From contig CAZSWP010000015.1 in the NCBI GenBank assembly GCA_964610875.1, forward strand, positions 13,758 through 77,757: a stretch of 64,000 bases of DNA. Reading direction: 5' to 3'. Each line of letters opens with the position of its first letter. Within the stretch, counting starts at the first letter, position 1. Made by a program: the position numbers and the translations under genes. The notes beneath the pieces are model-generated. The model did not search any database. It saw only the letters and a list, made by a program, of their open reading frames with translations, and was not told the DNA's origin. This stretch comes from an uncultured archaeon. GTDB taxonomy: Archaea > Asgardarchaeota > Thorarchaeia > Thorarchaeales > Thorarchaeaceae. Shown one piece after another: positions 49,629 through 59,441 of this stretch.

Positions 49629-50315
49629 TCAATCATGTGTCCAGAATGAGTCTTCGTCATCAAAGGCGTCAGAGTCAAATATCTCGTCCTCTTCTTCGCC
49701 CTCTTCTTCTTGGACACCTTCCTCCGGTCGTGCTTTCTCTACAATCTTTGCAAAGTCTGCGTGAGTTCTCAGAGGTATTGTATGAGGGCTATCAAGTAAT
49801 TCTACAATGAGTTCTTCTTTCGCAGTATCGACTCTGGTGACTTTGGCTCTCTCACCTTTGAATGGACCAGATGTCAATTCTACAACATCACCTACATTGA
49901 TACCCTCTGCTGCAGGTTTTGGTACAAGCCATTTGTCAATCTCATCAAAGGTAACCTTTCCACCCACTCGTCCTCTAACATGAGGAACTCCTGAGATTGC
50001 AATCTCTACATCTCGGAACTCCAGAGTTTCTAAGAACACATACCCTCTGAGTGTTTCAGGTACTAGGATGGCTTTTACTCTACCAAGAAGCTGGTTTTGA
50101 GATACAAGTTTCGGTTTGCGGTCGTCTTTTTTCTTCTTCTTTTTACAGGTCTTCATGTGCTTTATTACAATCGCTTCTGATGAGAACTCGCTTGTACAAA
50201 ATGGACATTCCCAGACATCTTCCTGACCGATTACAGCTGTAGTGATCAGGTCTGTGACGCCTTTCTCTTGTCCAATTGTAGTTCTCACAGCATAGATACT
50301 TGTTTTCGATTGCAC
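49629..50315 (-). CDS. spt5: Transcription elongation factor Spt5/NusG with inserted zinc finger
   Basis: IYAVRTTIGQE, LRGYVFLE, KOW GDVVELTSGPFKGERAKV; canonical secE-spt5-rpl11 order. Confidence 0.95.
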   Translation of the reverse strand: MQSKTSIYAVRTTIGQEKGVTDLITTAVIGQEDVWECPFCTSEFSSEAIVIKHMKTCKKKKKKDDRKPKLVSQNQLLGRVKAILVPETLRGYVFLETLEFRDVEIAISGVPHVRGRVGGKVTFDEIDKWLVPKPAAEGINVGDVVELTSGPFKGERAKVTRVDTAKEELIVELLDSPHTIPLRTHADFAKIVEKARPEEGVQEEEGEEEDEIFDSDAFDDEDSFWTHD

Positions 50316-50342
50316 AATAAAGACCTCCAGAATCTAAGTTCT

Positions 50343-50528
50343 TTAAGACTGAACTCCCCAATTAGAGGTGAGCAGGGTCATAAGCACTTGGATGATGAAG
50401 CTCAGCATTCCTACTGCTACCATTGCTAGCAGACTAACTCTTGTACTCAGCCAGAGTTCCTTCCTTGATGGTTTTGTAGCTAGCTTGAGGATTCTTCTAC
50501 TGTCGTTGATGAATTCTCCGACACCCAT
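50343..50528 (-). CDS. secE: Protein translocase subunit SecE/Sec61-gamma
   Basis: RILKLATKPSRKEL plus one TM helix; synteny. Confidence 0.93.
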   Translation of the reverse strand: MGVGEFINDSRRILKLATKPSRKELWLSTRVSLLAMVAVGMLSFIIQVLMTLLTSNWGVQS

Positions 50529-50626
50529 TATTTGTCACCATTCCTGTTTCCAACTGCATTACCAGTGATTGTGACCGAATCCCCTCAGTGAGAGTCTGCT
50601 TAAAACCCTTGCTGAGTGTTCATTGA

Positions 50627-51772
50627 TTAACTCAGTCTTGTAATTCCCAAATCCGATTTCATATCTTCGACCAGAGGTGTGACCGGTTGTGAACCTGCAT
50701 CAAAGACATAAGGTGAGGTCACACCCGATGCAATGATTGTGACACGCAGCTTGTTCTCTAATTCTGGCACAATTAAAGCTCCGTATATTACTTCTGCATC
50801 TGGATTCACCTGTTCAGTCACAAGTTCAACTACTCGCTTTGCCTCTTGGAGCTGAAGGTCTGTGCTACCACTCACGTTTACTAGAATATTTCTGGCATTC
50901 TCAATCGAAACGTCAATCAGAGGATTCCTGAGTGCGTTATAAACAGCCTCTTCTGCACGGTCTTCACCTTGTCCTTCGCCTAATGCTATTATTGATACTC
51001 CGCCATTCCTCATTGTAGTACGGACATCTGCAAAATCGAGATTTACTAGTCCTGGTTTTGATATCAATTCAGCTATTCCCTTCACGGCACGAACAAGTAC
51101 TTCATCTGCGACCATGAAAGCTTCCGGAAGAGAGAGATCGGGTGCTATTTCCAGAAGTTTTTCGTTTGGTATTGCAATAAGCGTGTCCACATGCTCCATC
51201 AGAGCAGTAAGTCCGCGGTGAGCATTCCTTTTTCTAGTAGACCCTTCAACTTCAAAGGGTAGACAGACAATAGCTACGGTCAATGCTCCATTTTCACGAG
51301 CTGCTTTTGCTATATGTGGAGCTGCTCCAGTTCCAGTACCTCCTCCCATGCCCGCGGTGATAAATACCAAGTCCCCGTTCACAACCTCTTTGATAACTTC
51401 ATAGGTTTCTAGAGCGGCAGTTTCACCCAAATCGGGATCATTACCAGCTCCCAGTCCTCCGCATGCTTCTTTTCCAAGGAGTAGTTTGTGATGTGAGTTA
51501 CAGAAATACAGGTCTTGTGCATCAGTGTTTGCCGCAAGGGTTTCTGCACCTTCAACACCTACTTCCATGAGTCGTGTTACTGCATTATTACCAGCACCTC
51601 CAACACCGACAACCAGTATTCTTGCACTGACTGTTTCAAGAAGATCTGCAAGTTCTTCATCGGTGGTCTTACTTGTCCCAGTTCGTTTTGACTCAATAAT
51701 GCGTCCGTTTGCGTCCCGTCTTGTTGTGGATCCATTAAGGACCTCTTCGAGCAGTGGATGTATTTTTGGCAC
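50627..51772 (-). CDS. ftsZ: Cell division protein FtsZ (FtsZ1 type)
   Basis: GVGGAGNNA, NTDAQDL, GMGGGTGTG, NLDFADV. Confidence 0.98.
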   Translation of the reverse strand: MPKIHPLLEEVLNGSTTRRDANGRIIESKRTGTSKTTDEELADLLETVSARILVVGVGGAGNNAVTRLMEVGVEGAETLAANTDAQDLYFCNSHHKLLLGKEACGGLGAGNDPDLGETAALETYEVIKEVVNGDLVFITAGMGGGTGTGAAPHIAKAARENGALTVAIVCLPFEVEGSTRKRNAHRGLTALMEHVDTLIAIPNEKLLEIAPDLSLPEAFMVADEVLVRAVKGIAELISKPGLVNLDFADVRTTMRNGGVSIIALGEGQGEDRAEEAVYNALRNPLIDVSIENARNILVNVSGSTDLQLQEAKRVVELVTEQVNPDAEVIYGALIVPELENKLRVTIIASGVTSPYVFDAGSQPVTPLVEDMKSDLGITRLS

Positions 51773-51851
51773 CCTCTCTAGTACATTTACATCCTCATGA
51801 GTGTATTATACTAACAAAAACTGCAATACTACCCAGGTAATACTAACAATG

Positions 51852-52808
51852 CTACCTGCGTCTTCGCCTTTTGGCAAAAGTGCTTTGCAACTGGGCCATT
51901 GAAATATCATGTTCTCGTAACAATTTTGACACATCATCAAGTGTGGGCTGTCCTTTCTGAGCCCCCTTCTTTGTGATGGTGAGTGCAGCGGTTGCATTTG
52001 CAAACGTCAAAGCCTGTTCAATATTTTCTACTCTTGTCCATGCAACAACAAAAGCTGCAGCAAAAGAATCACCTGCGCCAAGGGTATCCATTACAGACAC
52101 CTCAAATTTCTGAGATGTGCAATATTCAAATCCATCTGTAGCAATTGCCCCCTTGTCTCCCATCTTAACAACAAGTATGCCTGGAAAGCTTTTTGCAAAC
52201 GCGCGTAACTCTTCTTCAACTGCATTTATGCCAAGGTACTCTCTTAATTCGAACTCGTTCAAGAACAGTAAGTCAACACTTCTAAGAATCTTAGAGAAGT
52301 CCACAGTATCAGCTGCTCTTCCAGGGTCAAAAGAAAGAATCATACCATTCTGTGTTGCAAACTCTATAGCTCTCCGAGTCATCATTGGAAATCCGCCTGC
52401 GATGTGTAACGTTCTGGTCCGGCTCAAATAGCTCTCATCCAGAACATGTTTCTCAAGAAATCTGTTCGCTCCTTGTTCAGTAAAGACTGCAGTGTTATTT
52501 TGTGGGTCTCTTGCTATGAAGAATATTCCAGTAGGTTGATTTTCTAGAACTAGGATGCCCTTGGTTTCTATGCCTATCTTCGAGAGGTTTTTGAGAGCCA
52601 TTTGACCATAAGGGTCGTCGCCTACGCAACTGATAAGGCCAGTCTTGACACCTAGTCGGGCTGATTGTGTTGCAAAGTTGGCAGCAGAACCACCATAAGC
52701 TAAATGTGAGCCCTTGCTTATGACATGGTCACTTGAAACTGGCAGTTTCTCAACCTGCATTACAATATCAATATTGATACGGCCTATGGCAACGACCTCT
52801 AAGGACAA
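51852..52808 (-). CDS. PfkB/ribokinase-family carbohydrate kinase
   Basis: GGSAAN.A...ARLG, VGDD.YG, DTLGAGDSF. Confidence 0.92.
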   Translation of the reverse strand: MSLEVVAIGRINIDIVMQVEKLPVSSDHVISKGSHLAYGGSAANFATQSARLGVKTGLISCVGDDPYGQMALKNLSKIGIETKGILVLENQPTGIFFIARDPQNNTAVFTEQGANRFLEKHVLDESYLSRTRTLHIAGGFPMMTRRAIEFATQNGMILSFDPGRAADTVDFSKILRSVDLLFLNEFELREYLGINAVEEELRAFAKSFPGILVVKMGDKGAIATDGFEYCTSQKFEVSVMDTLGAGDSFAAAFVVAWTRVENIEQALTFANATAALTITKKGAQKGQPTLDDVSKLLREHDISMAQLQSTFAKRRRRR

Positions 52809-52819
52809 AGGATGTCACC

Positions 52820-53755
52820 TTACACTAGAAGCGCTATGATGCCTTTCTGAGCATGAAGTCGATTCTCAGCTTGGTCAAACACAACACTGTATCGTTTATC
52901 ATCCATAATATCCGATGTTAATTCCTCATCCCTATGAGCAGGAAGACAATGCATTACTATGACATCTTCTTTTGCAGCCTCAACTAACGCTCGGTTAACT
53001 TGGAATGGCATCAAAGCATCTTCCTTGTCTTTTGAGCGCTCTTGACCCATACTGAAGAATGTGTCAGTATAAATCACATCTGCACCTTTGACTGCTTCTT
53101 TTGGCTCATGTACTACTTCAAGTGTTGTCTTGTACCTCTTACTGAGTTCATCTGCTTTTCTCATGATGGTATCAGAAGGTGTGTAACCCTTTGGAGATCC
53201 AATTGTCACATCCATGCCCATGATGGTACAACCCTGCATTATGGAGTTACTGACATTGTTAGAGTCACCAACATATGTTATCTTTCGACCTGCAAGATTT
53301 CCTTTGTGCTCTTCTATTGTAAGCATGTCAGCCATGATTTGACATGGATGCAGAAGGTCCGAAAGACCATTAATCACAGGAACTGTTGCATGTTTAGCAA
53401 GTTCTGTGATTTCATCATGTCCGAACACACGCGCCATAATCACATCACAGTACCTACTCAATACTGCTGCAGTATCTCCAATCGTTTCTCCTCTACCAAG
53501 CTGAGTGCCACTTGGTTGTAAGAAGAGTGCATGACCACCTAACTGTGTCATTCCCACTTCAAAAGAAACTCGTGTACGAGTGGATGATTTCATGAAAATC
53601 ATAGCCAATGACTTGTCTTTCAAAAGCTCATGAGATTCTCCGCGCTTCTGTTTTCTTTTCAAGTCATGAGCTGTATCCAAAAACTTCCTGAGCTCATGTC
53701 GCTCAAAATCTGATAGGTCAATGAAATTTCTGCCTTTAAGACTCAAGCCTGCCAC
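52820..53755 (-). CDS. argF: Ornithine carbamoyltransferase
   Basis: SSTRTRVSF, HPCQ, SMG, HCLPA, QAENRLH. Confidence 0.96.
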   Translation of the reverse strand: MAGLSLKGRNFIDLSDFERHELRKFLDTAHDLKRKQKRGESHELLKDKSLAMIFMKSSTRTRVSFEVGMTQLGGHALFLQPSGTQLGRGETIGDTAAVLSRYCDVIMARVFGHDEITELAKHATVPVINGLSDLLHPCQIMADMLTIEEHKGNLAGRKITYVGDSNNVSNSIMQGCTIMGMDVTIGSPKGYTPSDTIMRKADELSKRYKTTLEVVHEPKEAVKGADVIYTDTFFSMGQERSKDKEDALMPFQVNRALVEAAKEDVIVMHCLPAHRDEELTSDIMDDKRYSVVFDQAENRLHAQKGIIALLV

Positions 53756-53823
53756 CTCTGGACTTGGTTCAACTATGTTGCCAAAACCAAGTAACTCTGT
53801 AATAAGAGTGACGTTGAGGATAA

Positions 53824-54732
53824 TTATTCAACAAGTAATCTGTCTGCGAACCATTGGGGTTCGAACTTTTGAAGGTCATCATATGTTTGGCCTACACCAA
53901 TGTATACCACCGGTTTTCCAGTCACGTAAGCTATAGACAGGGCTGCACCACCTGATGGGTCCGCATCAACCTTGGTCAGGATTGCACCATCAATTCCAAT
54001 TGCATCATTGAATTCTCTTGCCTGTGATAGAGCATCGTTGCCTGCCAATGCATCGCCAACGAAGATTTTCAAATCGGGATCTGCTATTCTTGCTATTTTC
54101 TTCATCTCATTGATGAGATTCTTATTACTCTGCATTCTTCCTGCGGTATCTATGAGGACGACGTCAATATGTTTTGCTGATGCATGAGATACAGCATCGT
54201 ATGCTACAGCAGCAGCATCTGCACCATAACTTTGCTTTATGACGCGAATGTCCAAACGATCTGCATGTTTCTGGAGCTGCTCAATGCTCCCTGCTCTAAA
54301 TGTGTCTCCTGCAGCGATGACAATGGAGTACCCTCTGTTCTTCAACATATGTGCTATTTTGGCAAGAGTTGTGGTCTTTCCTGTCCCATTAACGCCAACA
54401 AACATGATCACGGTTGGGTTCCCATCCGCCTTATTTCCTTCAATCACTTCTAAAAGATTCAATGGGGCTTCTGGAGTGAGCACTTCCAGCACTGATTCAT
54501 AGAGTGCTTCTTTGAACAACCGACTTGTCTTTTCGAGACGTCCTGTTTTAGTCCCAAGTAGCTTTTCTTTAGTCAGGTTGCAAATATGTTCTGCAACATC
54601 AACCGCAACATCGTTCTGAATGAGGACAAGCTGCAAGTCCCATACTGCATCTGCCATTGATTTCTCATTCAATTCTTTCGTTGTTACCTTTATCACTGCC
54701 GAGTCAATCGCACTCTTCAGCTTCTCAAACAA
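53824..54732 (-). CDS. ftsY: SRP receptor FtsY
   Basis: GVNGTGKTTT, DTFRAG, DTAGR, TKVD, GVGQ.Y.DL; start TTG 54732 after GGAGGAG. Confidence 0.96.
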   Translation of the reverse strand: MFEKLKSAIDSAVIKVTTKELNEKSMADAVWDLQLVLIQNDVAVDVAEHICNLTKEKLLGTKTGRLEKTSRLFKEALYESVLEVLTPEAPLNLLEVIEGNKADGNPTVIMFVGVNGTGKTTTLAKIAHMLKNRGYSIVIAAGDTFRAGSIEQLQKHADRLDIRVIKQSYGADAAAVAYDAVSHASAKHIDVVLIDTAGRMQSNKNLINEMKKIARIADPDLKIFVGDALAGNDALSQAREFNDAIGIDGAILTKVDADPSGGAALSIAYVTGKPVVYIGVGQTYDDLQKFEPQWFADRLLVE

Positions 54733-54736
54733 CGAA

Positions 54737-55201
54737 CTACTCCTCCGAAGAAGATTCCTGCTCTGTTGCTGGTTGTTGTGATTGCATATCTGCAGCAATC
54801 TGTTGTAGAGTGGCATTGATTATCTGTGCACGATTGATGGAGTTCTCATAATCGTTTTGTAAATCCTCCAATCGAGATTCTAAAGTTTCAACAGTTTTTG
54901 TCAACTGGTCTTTTGCTACCTTTTGTGACTGCTCGATTCTAATTCCACTACCAATACCGCGAGTCACTTTTTCCGGGCGTACAAGCGTTGCTTCAAGGAA
55001 TATTGCCCCGCCCACATTAAGAAGGACTTCTTCTCCCGCTTTCTTGCCCTCCAGTTCTTCCAACACGCTGAGTCCTGAACGATAGCTGTTTAGTGATACT
55101 TGGACAAGTTCGATGTTCTGCTGAAGTGCTTTGATTCTGGACTCAAGCATCTGTTGTTCCAAATACAACTGCTGGAATTTAGCTTGAGGGTCTTGGCTCA
55201 T
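54737..55201 (-). CDS. pfdA: Prefoldin alpha subunit
   Basis: Coiled coil - beta hairpins (LLNVGGAIF, GIGSG) - coiled coil; synteny. Confidence 0.92.
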   Translation of the reverse strand: MSQDPQAKFQQLYLEQQMLESRIKALQQNIELVQVSLNSYRSGLSVLEELEGKKAGEEVLLNVGGAIFLEATLVRPEKVTRGIGSGIRIEQSQKVAKDQLTKTVETLESRLEDLQNDYENSINRAQIINATLQQIAADMQSQQPATEQESSSEE

Positions 55202-55443
55202 TACAGTTCCAACTCCACACCTAAAAGCCTACGTAGGTCAAGATCTGTAATTTCTTCAGGCTGAATCTCAATAATCTCTGAGAATTTGATATGTCTTCTC
55301 TTCACTTTCTGACGACTGCCTATCTCGGAATAGACCTTCTCTTTTACGTGCTCCTCCTTATCTGAGAGCATCTCCTTTGTGAAGGGAATTATCTTCTTCT
55401 TTTTCTTGTATTCTCCACTGACACGCCATATCTTCTGGCTCAT
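55201..55443 (-). CDS. rplX: Ribosomal protein eL20 (LX/L18Ae)
   Basis: FTKE...EKVYSEIGS..KVKRR.I; ATG 55443 after AGGTGA. Confidence 0.92.
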   Translation of the reverse strand: MSQKIWRVSGEYKKKKKIIPFTKEMLSDKEEHVKEKVYSEIGSRQKVKRRHIKFSEIIEIQPEEITDLDLRRLLGVELEL

Positions 55444-55463
55444 TTTTCTCACCTATTTGTTTA

Positions 55464-56129
55464 CTAGACGAATCCTAGTACTTGTGAAATGTGGGCCAAC
55501 TCGACACCTGTAGTGTCCGACCCTGCAATCATACCATCAATGTTTGCTAGTACACCAAGACTGGTGTATGGGCTTCCTCTATTGACGGTTCCCACTTCTA
55601 TGTGTACTTTTAACATCTCTGATAGCCTATCAATCTCTTCTGGGGTTGCCATCGGATGAACCACTGCACCCCTATTTGTAACAACTGTATTCGCTCCTAC
55701 TATGGGGAGTTTTGCTACAGTTCCTGGGACAACCTCCACATCAAGGATGTCCTGTATCTTTTCCCGTGCTTTAGCATCAAACTCTGGATGACAGATTGCA
55801 CCATTATTATTCGCAATAATGATATTTCCAAGAGCTGTCATCTTACTATCAATCCAGTCCACTGGAACCTCTGCACTCTTCTTGAGGGTCTTAAACTCAT
55901 CATCTGTTGTTGTGTAGGGAATCAGTATACCGTTAGAATTGGCTGCAGCTACAATACCCACTGCGTCAATTGATGCTATAGTACTCTGGATGAGAGGCAG
56001 ATTGAATGTTCTCTCAATCACATCAAGGTCTTTCTCTGACAAATTTGGACTGACAAAGACGAAGCGGTCAGTCACCACCCCAAAGGCCCCGACATTAGCA
56101 TCGCCCTCGAAGTCTGTTCGGGCGATCAT
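55464..56129 (-). CDS. eif6: Translation initiation factor 6
   Basis: NVGAF, ALGNIIIANN.GA, GTVNRGSP, TTGVEL. Confidence 0.96.
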   Translation of the reverse strand: MIARTDFEGDANVGAFGVVTDRFVFVSPNLSEKDLDVIERTFNLPLIQSTIASIDAVGIVAAANSNGILIPYTTTDDEFKTLKKSAEVPVDWIDSKMTALGNIIIANNNGAICHPEFDAKAREKIQDILDVEVVPGTVAKLPIVGANTVVTNRGAVVHPMATPEEIDRLSEMLKVHIEVGTVNRGSPYTSLGVLANIDGMIAGSDTTGVELAHISQVLGFV

Positions 56130-56135
56130 GATTGG

Positions 56136-56546
56136 TTAACCCTCCGCCAAGTATACGCGCACGAGGTTCTCATCGTTCTTGGTAGCACGAATCCTAATTC
56201 TGCGTGGAGGGCTCTGCATACCTCTCGCCCATAACGCTTCATTGACCTCAGGTTCAATGAGCAGTTCTTCAGGTTTCATGTGCCTCCAGACGAATGTCTT
56301 GAGAATCCGCACTGCTTTGTTTGCCCTACGCATTCGGCTTCCTGTCCAGTATGCCTTGCGTAGTGGTACAGTGTATATGCGCTCGTCAATAATCTCTTCT
56401 TCAGGAATAGCTTCGGCGGCAATATCTTCTGGCACCTCTTCATCTAACTCTTCCATGGTCTCCTCTATGTCTTCGATTCCTTCTACTTCCTCTAGCTCCT
56501 CGTCGTCGGAGACCTCAGTTTCGACTGGTTCATCGCTGGGATTCAT
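56136..56546 (-). CDS. rpl31e: Ribosomal protein eL31 with acidic N-terminal extension
   Basis: ERIYTVPLR...RA.KAVR...NEALWARG..SPPRRIR. Confidence 0.95.
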   Translation of the reverse strand: MNPSDEPVETEVSDDEELEEVEGIEDIEETMEELDEEVPEDIAAEAIPEEEIIDERIYTVPLRKAYWTGSRMRRANKAVRILKTFVWRHMKPEELLIEPEVNEALWARGMQSPPRRIRIRATKNDENLVRVYLAEG

Positions 56547-56560
56547 TGTATATCAACCTC

Positions 56561-56716
56561 TTACGGCTTAAGTTTGGTCTGACGCCAATTTCGCTGCGAT
56601 GGTGTTCTGCGTACCTTTCCTTTTGTCTTAATGACTACCCAAGTAGGCACGCTTGAGTTGCTCTTCATGGCTTTTACCATTCTGAGTTTCTTTCCAAGTG
56701 GCTTGTTTCTTGCCAT
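56561..56716 (-). CDS. rpl39e: Ribosomal protein eL39 (missing from the ORF track)
   Basis: [51 protein letters not shown], 51 aa, canonical position before L31e. Confidence 0.95.
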   Translation of the reverse strand: MARNKPLGKKLRMVKAMKSNSSVPTWVVIKTKGKVRRTPSQRNWRQTKLKP

Positions 56717-56738
56717 ACGTCTTCACCTTTTGCAGCTG

Positions 56739-57080
56739 TTATCTGAACGAAATCTTCCGTTCGCGTTCCCTACCCTGAAGCTGCTGTAGTAGGGACTTCA
56801 GTTGCTCATCTGTTATTCGGCCTTTGAGCCTGCCTGAACCTGCAAGTTGGATGAGCTGCATTTCAATCTGTTCCGCCAACTGAGGTTTTACCATTTTGAT
56901 ATTTGTGAGGCGTGATCGTGCTTCAGGAGTTAGAATCTGCCGTAGGATTGCTTCCTTTTGGGCCTCTATCTCTGCTTGTTGCTCTTCTGAGGCATGTTCT
57001 CTAGCAGCCTGTTCTCGCATGGCTGCCATCTTCCGCTCACGGATAGCATCAAGCTCGTCATCATTCACTCTCATCACCAT
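56739..57080 (-). CDS. PDCD5-family DNA-binding protein
   Basis: DDELDAIR...ILTPEARSRL..IKMVKP.LA..IE.QLIQL. Confidence 0.95.
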   Translation of the reverse strand: MVMRVNDDELDAIRERKMAAMREQAAREHASEEQQAEIEAQKEAILRQILTPEARSRLTNIKMVKPQLAEQIEMQLIQLAGSGRLKGRITDEQLKSLLQQLQGRERERKISFR

Positions 57081-57094
57081 CTACATGGTTGAGC

Positions 57095-57550
57095 TTAGGA
57101 GTATCTCTCAAGCTCTGGTACTGCCTTGCTGAGTTCCTTCTTCAATGCTGCGGACAGTTTGTCCATGTATGATCTTCCAATGCCCGTCATCTCTCTACCC
57201 TTGTTTCCGACTTTTTTGATGAATCCAGCACGCTCAAGCTGCTGTAGTGCAGTTCTCACGATTGCGCCGCTTCCTTTTTGGAATCTATTGGGTTTCACGC
57301 CGCGCCTCTGGCGTCCTCCGTACAGGATACGGAGCTTCTCTGTTCCGATTGGTCCCTTTAGATAGAGCTTCCTGAGAATACTGGCACATCGAGTGTACCA
57401 CCAATCAGGATTGTCTGGAGCTCTCTCCTTGTGGACTCCTGTCTTCACGAAGGCGGCCCATTCAGGAGGTTGAATCTCCTTTCGTTTACTCAAGTCCTGT
57501 GCAAGGCGCTGAATCAGGACATTTGGTGGGATATCATAGACTGTGGGCAT
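57095..57550 (-). CDS. rps19e: Ribosomal protein eS19
   Basis: PEWAAFVKTGVHKERAP...WWYTRCASILRK. Confidence 0.98.
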   Translation of the reverse strand: MPTVYDIPPNVLIQRLAQDLSKRKEIQPPEWAAFVKTGVHKERAPDNPDWWYTRCASILRKLYLKGPIGTEKLRILYGGRQRRGVKPNRFQKGSGAIVRTALQQLERAGFIKKVGNKGREMTGIGRSYMDKLSAALKKELSKAVPELERYS

Positions 57551-57681
57551 TTATCTTTCACCATACTGTTTGATGGAAGGGAATCGTACTGCAACTAGCC
57601 GATTGCCTACCTCAGAAGGCTGGCACCACCGGCAAGAGTGTCCATAAAAGATTATCGTTAGAACAAGCTGCCAGTATGCTC

Positions 57682-57960
57682 CTATCTTCGTAACCTATAG
57701 ATTACCGCTGTGTTTCCTCTAATGCCTGCTAAGGTTGCTCCAGCTCGTGTACAGAGTTCCTCGAACATGTCTTGTTTTGTGTCTTTGTCTACACCCGTAC
57801 TTCTCAGTAGACGGACTTTCATGTACTTGTGTTTCTTCAATAGACGCTTTGTTTCTGCTATTGTTTCATCCGTCAGACCGTTTTTTCCTACCTGAAGTAA
57901 AACTGGGTCTTGCCATACAATCCCAATTCGCTCCTTGTCAGGTTTTTTTATTCCGGGCAT
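57682..57960 (-). CDS. YhbY/CRM RNA-binding protein
   Basis: QVGKNGLT...KVRLL...IRGNTAVIYR. Confidence 0.9.
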   Translation of the reverse strand: MPGIKKPDKERIGIVWQDPVLLQVGKNGLTDETIAETKRLLKKHKYMKVRLLRSTGVDKDTKQDMFEELCTRAGATLAGIRGNTAVIYRLRR

Positions 57961-57993
57961 AGGTAATCATTACTCCCACAAGACGATTGTTAA

Positions 57994-58317
57994 TCAAGCT
58001 TGTCTTGTGGCATAGAATCTGCGTTTGGTGCCACACTCATTACAAGTAAGGGTCAGGTGGGTACTACGGTTTCCTCGCATACGAAAACTGCAGTTATACC
58101 CCGGCACAAGCACAGCTCCACATCCTCTGCAAATTCGTCGTGAAACCTCTTTCGGAAGTTTGATCCGTGCTTTTTGTGCAATCTTCTTGGCACTCTTCAT
58201 CCAGGCTTTTGCACGGTCTGGTCTATCCACTGCTGCTTGCTTCGCTAACTCCCATAGTCTTTTGACACGCGCTCTTGCTAAATCCTGAATTCTTCGCTTT
58301 CTACTTCGATGTTTCAC
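57994..58317 (-). CDS. rnp4: RNase P protein component 4 (Rpp21)
   Basis: A..R...L, ICRGC...LVPG, TCNECG..RRF. Confidence 0.93.
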   Translation of the reverse strand: MKHRSRKRRIQDLARARVKRLWELAKQAAVDRPDRAKAWMKSAKKIAQKARIKLPKEVSRRICRGCGAVLVPGYNCSFRMRGNRSTHLTLTCNECGTKRRFYATRQA

Positions 58318-58378
58318 AATCTTTACTCATAGTCGCACTGCTTAAAACATTCTTATTCATCAATCAAGTGATGCAAAG

Positions 58379-59086
58379 ATGCTCCATCTGATATTGCTTG
58401 ATTGCGCACTCGAACTAGTACCCTCTGAGATTTCATCTTTGAAGGAGATTCAAAAGCACGCAAGTCGGAAGCGTAAGAAACCCACTGAGATTCTGCTCGA
58501 TCAGGCATATCATGGTAGAGCTATTACCAAACTTGACGATGGTGAACGGAGAGGGCGGCCTGACATAGTCTTTCACTCCCTCTTGAGTGTTCTTGAAACA
58601 CCACTCTGTAAATCAGGCCTTTTGACAGTACATCTTCATTTATTGGATGGCAGAATCATCGAGATAAATCCGGAAGTCCGGTTGCCTAGGAACTATGACC
58701 GATTTGTTGGACTCTTTGAGCAACTACTTGTTGCTGGAAAAGTTCCTCCTGATGGAGTTCCCTTACTGCAGGTAAAGAATCAATCCCTCGAACAGATAAT
58801 GAAGAAACTATCTGAAGGGAATGAAAAAGCTCAAAGAATTCTAATGGTCGAATCTGGTACCATGACGAACATCGAACAGCTCGTTTCTTTCCTACCAGAA
58901 ACTACAACGATACCAGTCATTGTTGGCATTGGGGCATTTCCTCATGGTGACTTCTCTGAAGAGATTCCATCATTCTTCTCCACTCATATGAAACTTGGTA
59001 CAGATGTCTTGATGGCTTGGCATGTGTGCTCAGAAATTCTATGGGCATATTCCTATCGGAGTCAAGTAAGGAACTTTTCCATCTGA
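58379..59086 (+). CDS. nep1: rRNA pseudouridine N1-methyltransferase Nep1/Emg1
   Basis: LELVP, LLDQAYH, RGRPDIV, RLPRNYDRFVGL.EQL, IGAFPHGDF. Confidence 0.95.
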   Translation: MLHLILLDCALELVPSEISSLKEIQKHASRKRKKPTEILLDQAYHGRAITKLDDGERRGRPDIVFHSLLSVLETPLCKSGLLTVHLHLLDGRIIEINPEVRLPRNYDRFVGLFEQLLVAGKVPPDGVPLLQVKNQSLEQIMKKLSEGNEKAQRILMVESGTMTNIEQLVSFLPETTTIPVIVGIGAFPHGDFSEEIPSFFSTHMKLGTDVLMAWHVCSEILWAYSYRSQVRNFSI

Positions 59087-59152
59087 TTTGAAGATATCAT
59101 TTTACTTTAGCAATATGCTTAAATCGCGATAGCAGGGTGACTGCTTCACGAA

Positions 59153-59227
59153 GCGGCCATTGTCTAGGGGTTATGATTCAAGCCTTCCAAGCTTGTGACC
59201 CGGGTTCGATTCCCGGTGGCCGCACCA
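59153..59227 (+). tRNA. tRNA-Gly(UCC)
   Basis: GCGGCCA acceptor stem, CAAGC CT TCC AA GCTTG anticodon arm, GTTCGATTC, encoded CCA; TATA-like CTTAAAT about 30 nt upstream. Confidence 0.97.
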
Positions 59228-59441
59228 TCTTCTTTGTTCTTAGGTTATTTCCTTTCTAAAAAGAAAACTATCAGGATCAGATTAGACAAAAAGAAGATAG
59301 TACATTTAGGCGTGATATTCACTGACCAAATCCAACAAAAGATGTCTATTAGCATAATGCTTTTGTTCGATTCATTCTATTTCAAACAAAAATTCACGCA
59401 GCATTGAGAGCAGTTAGTATTGAAATAACTGAGGCCTATAC

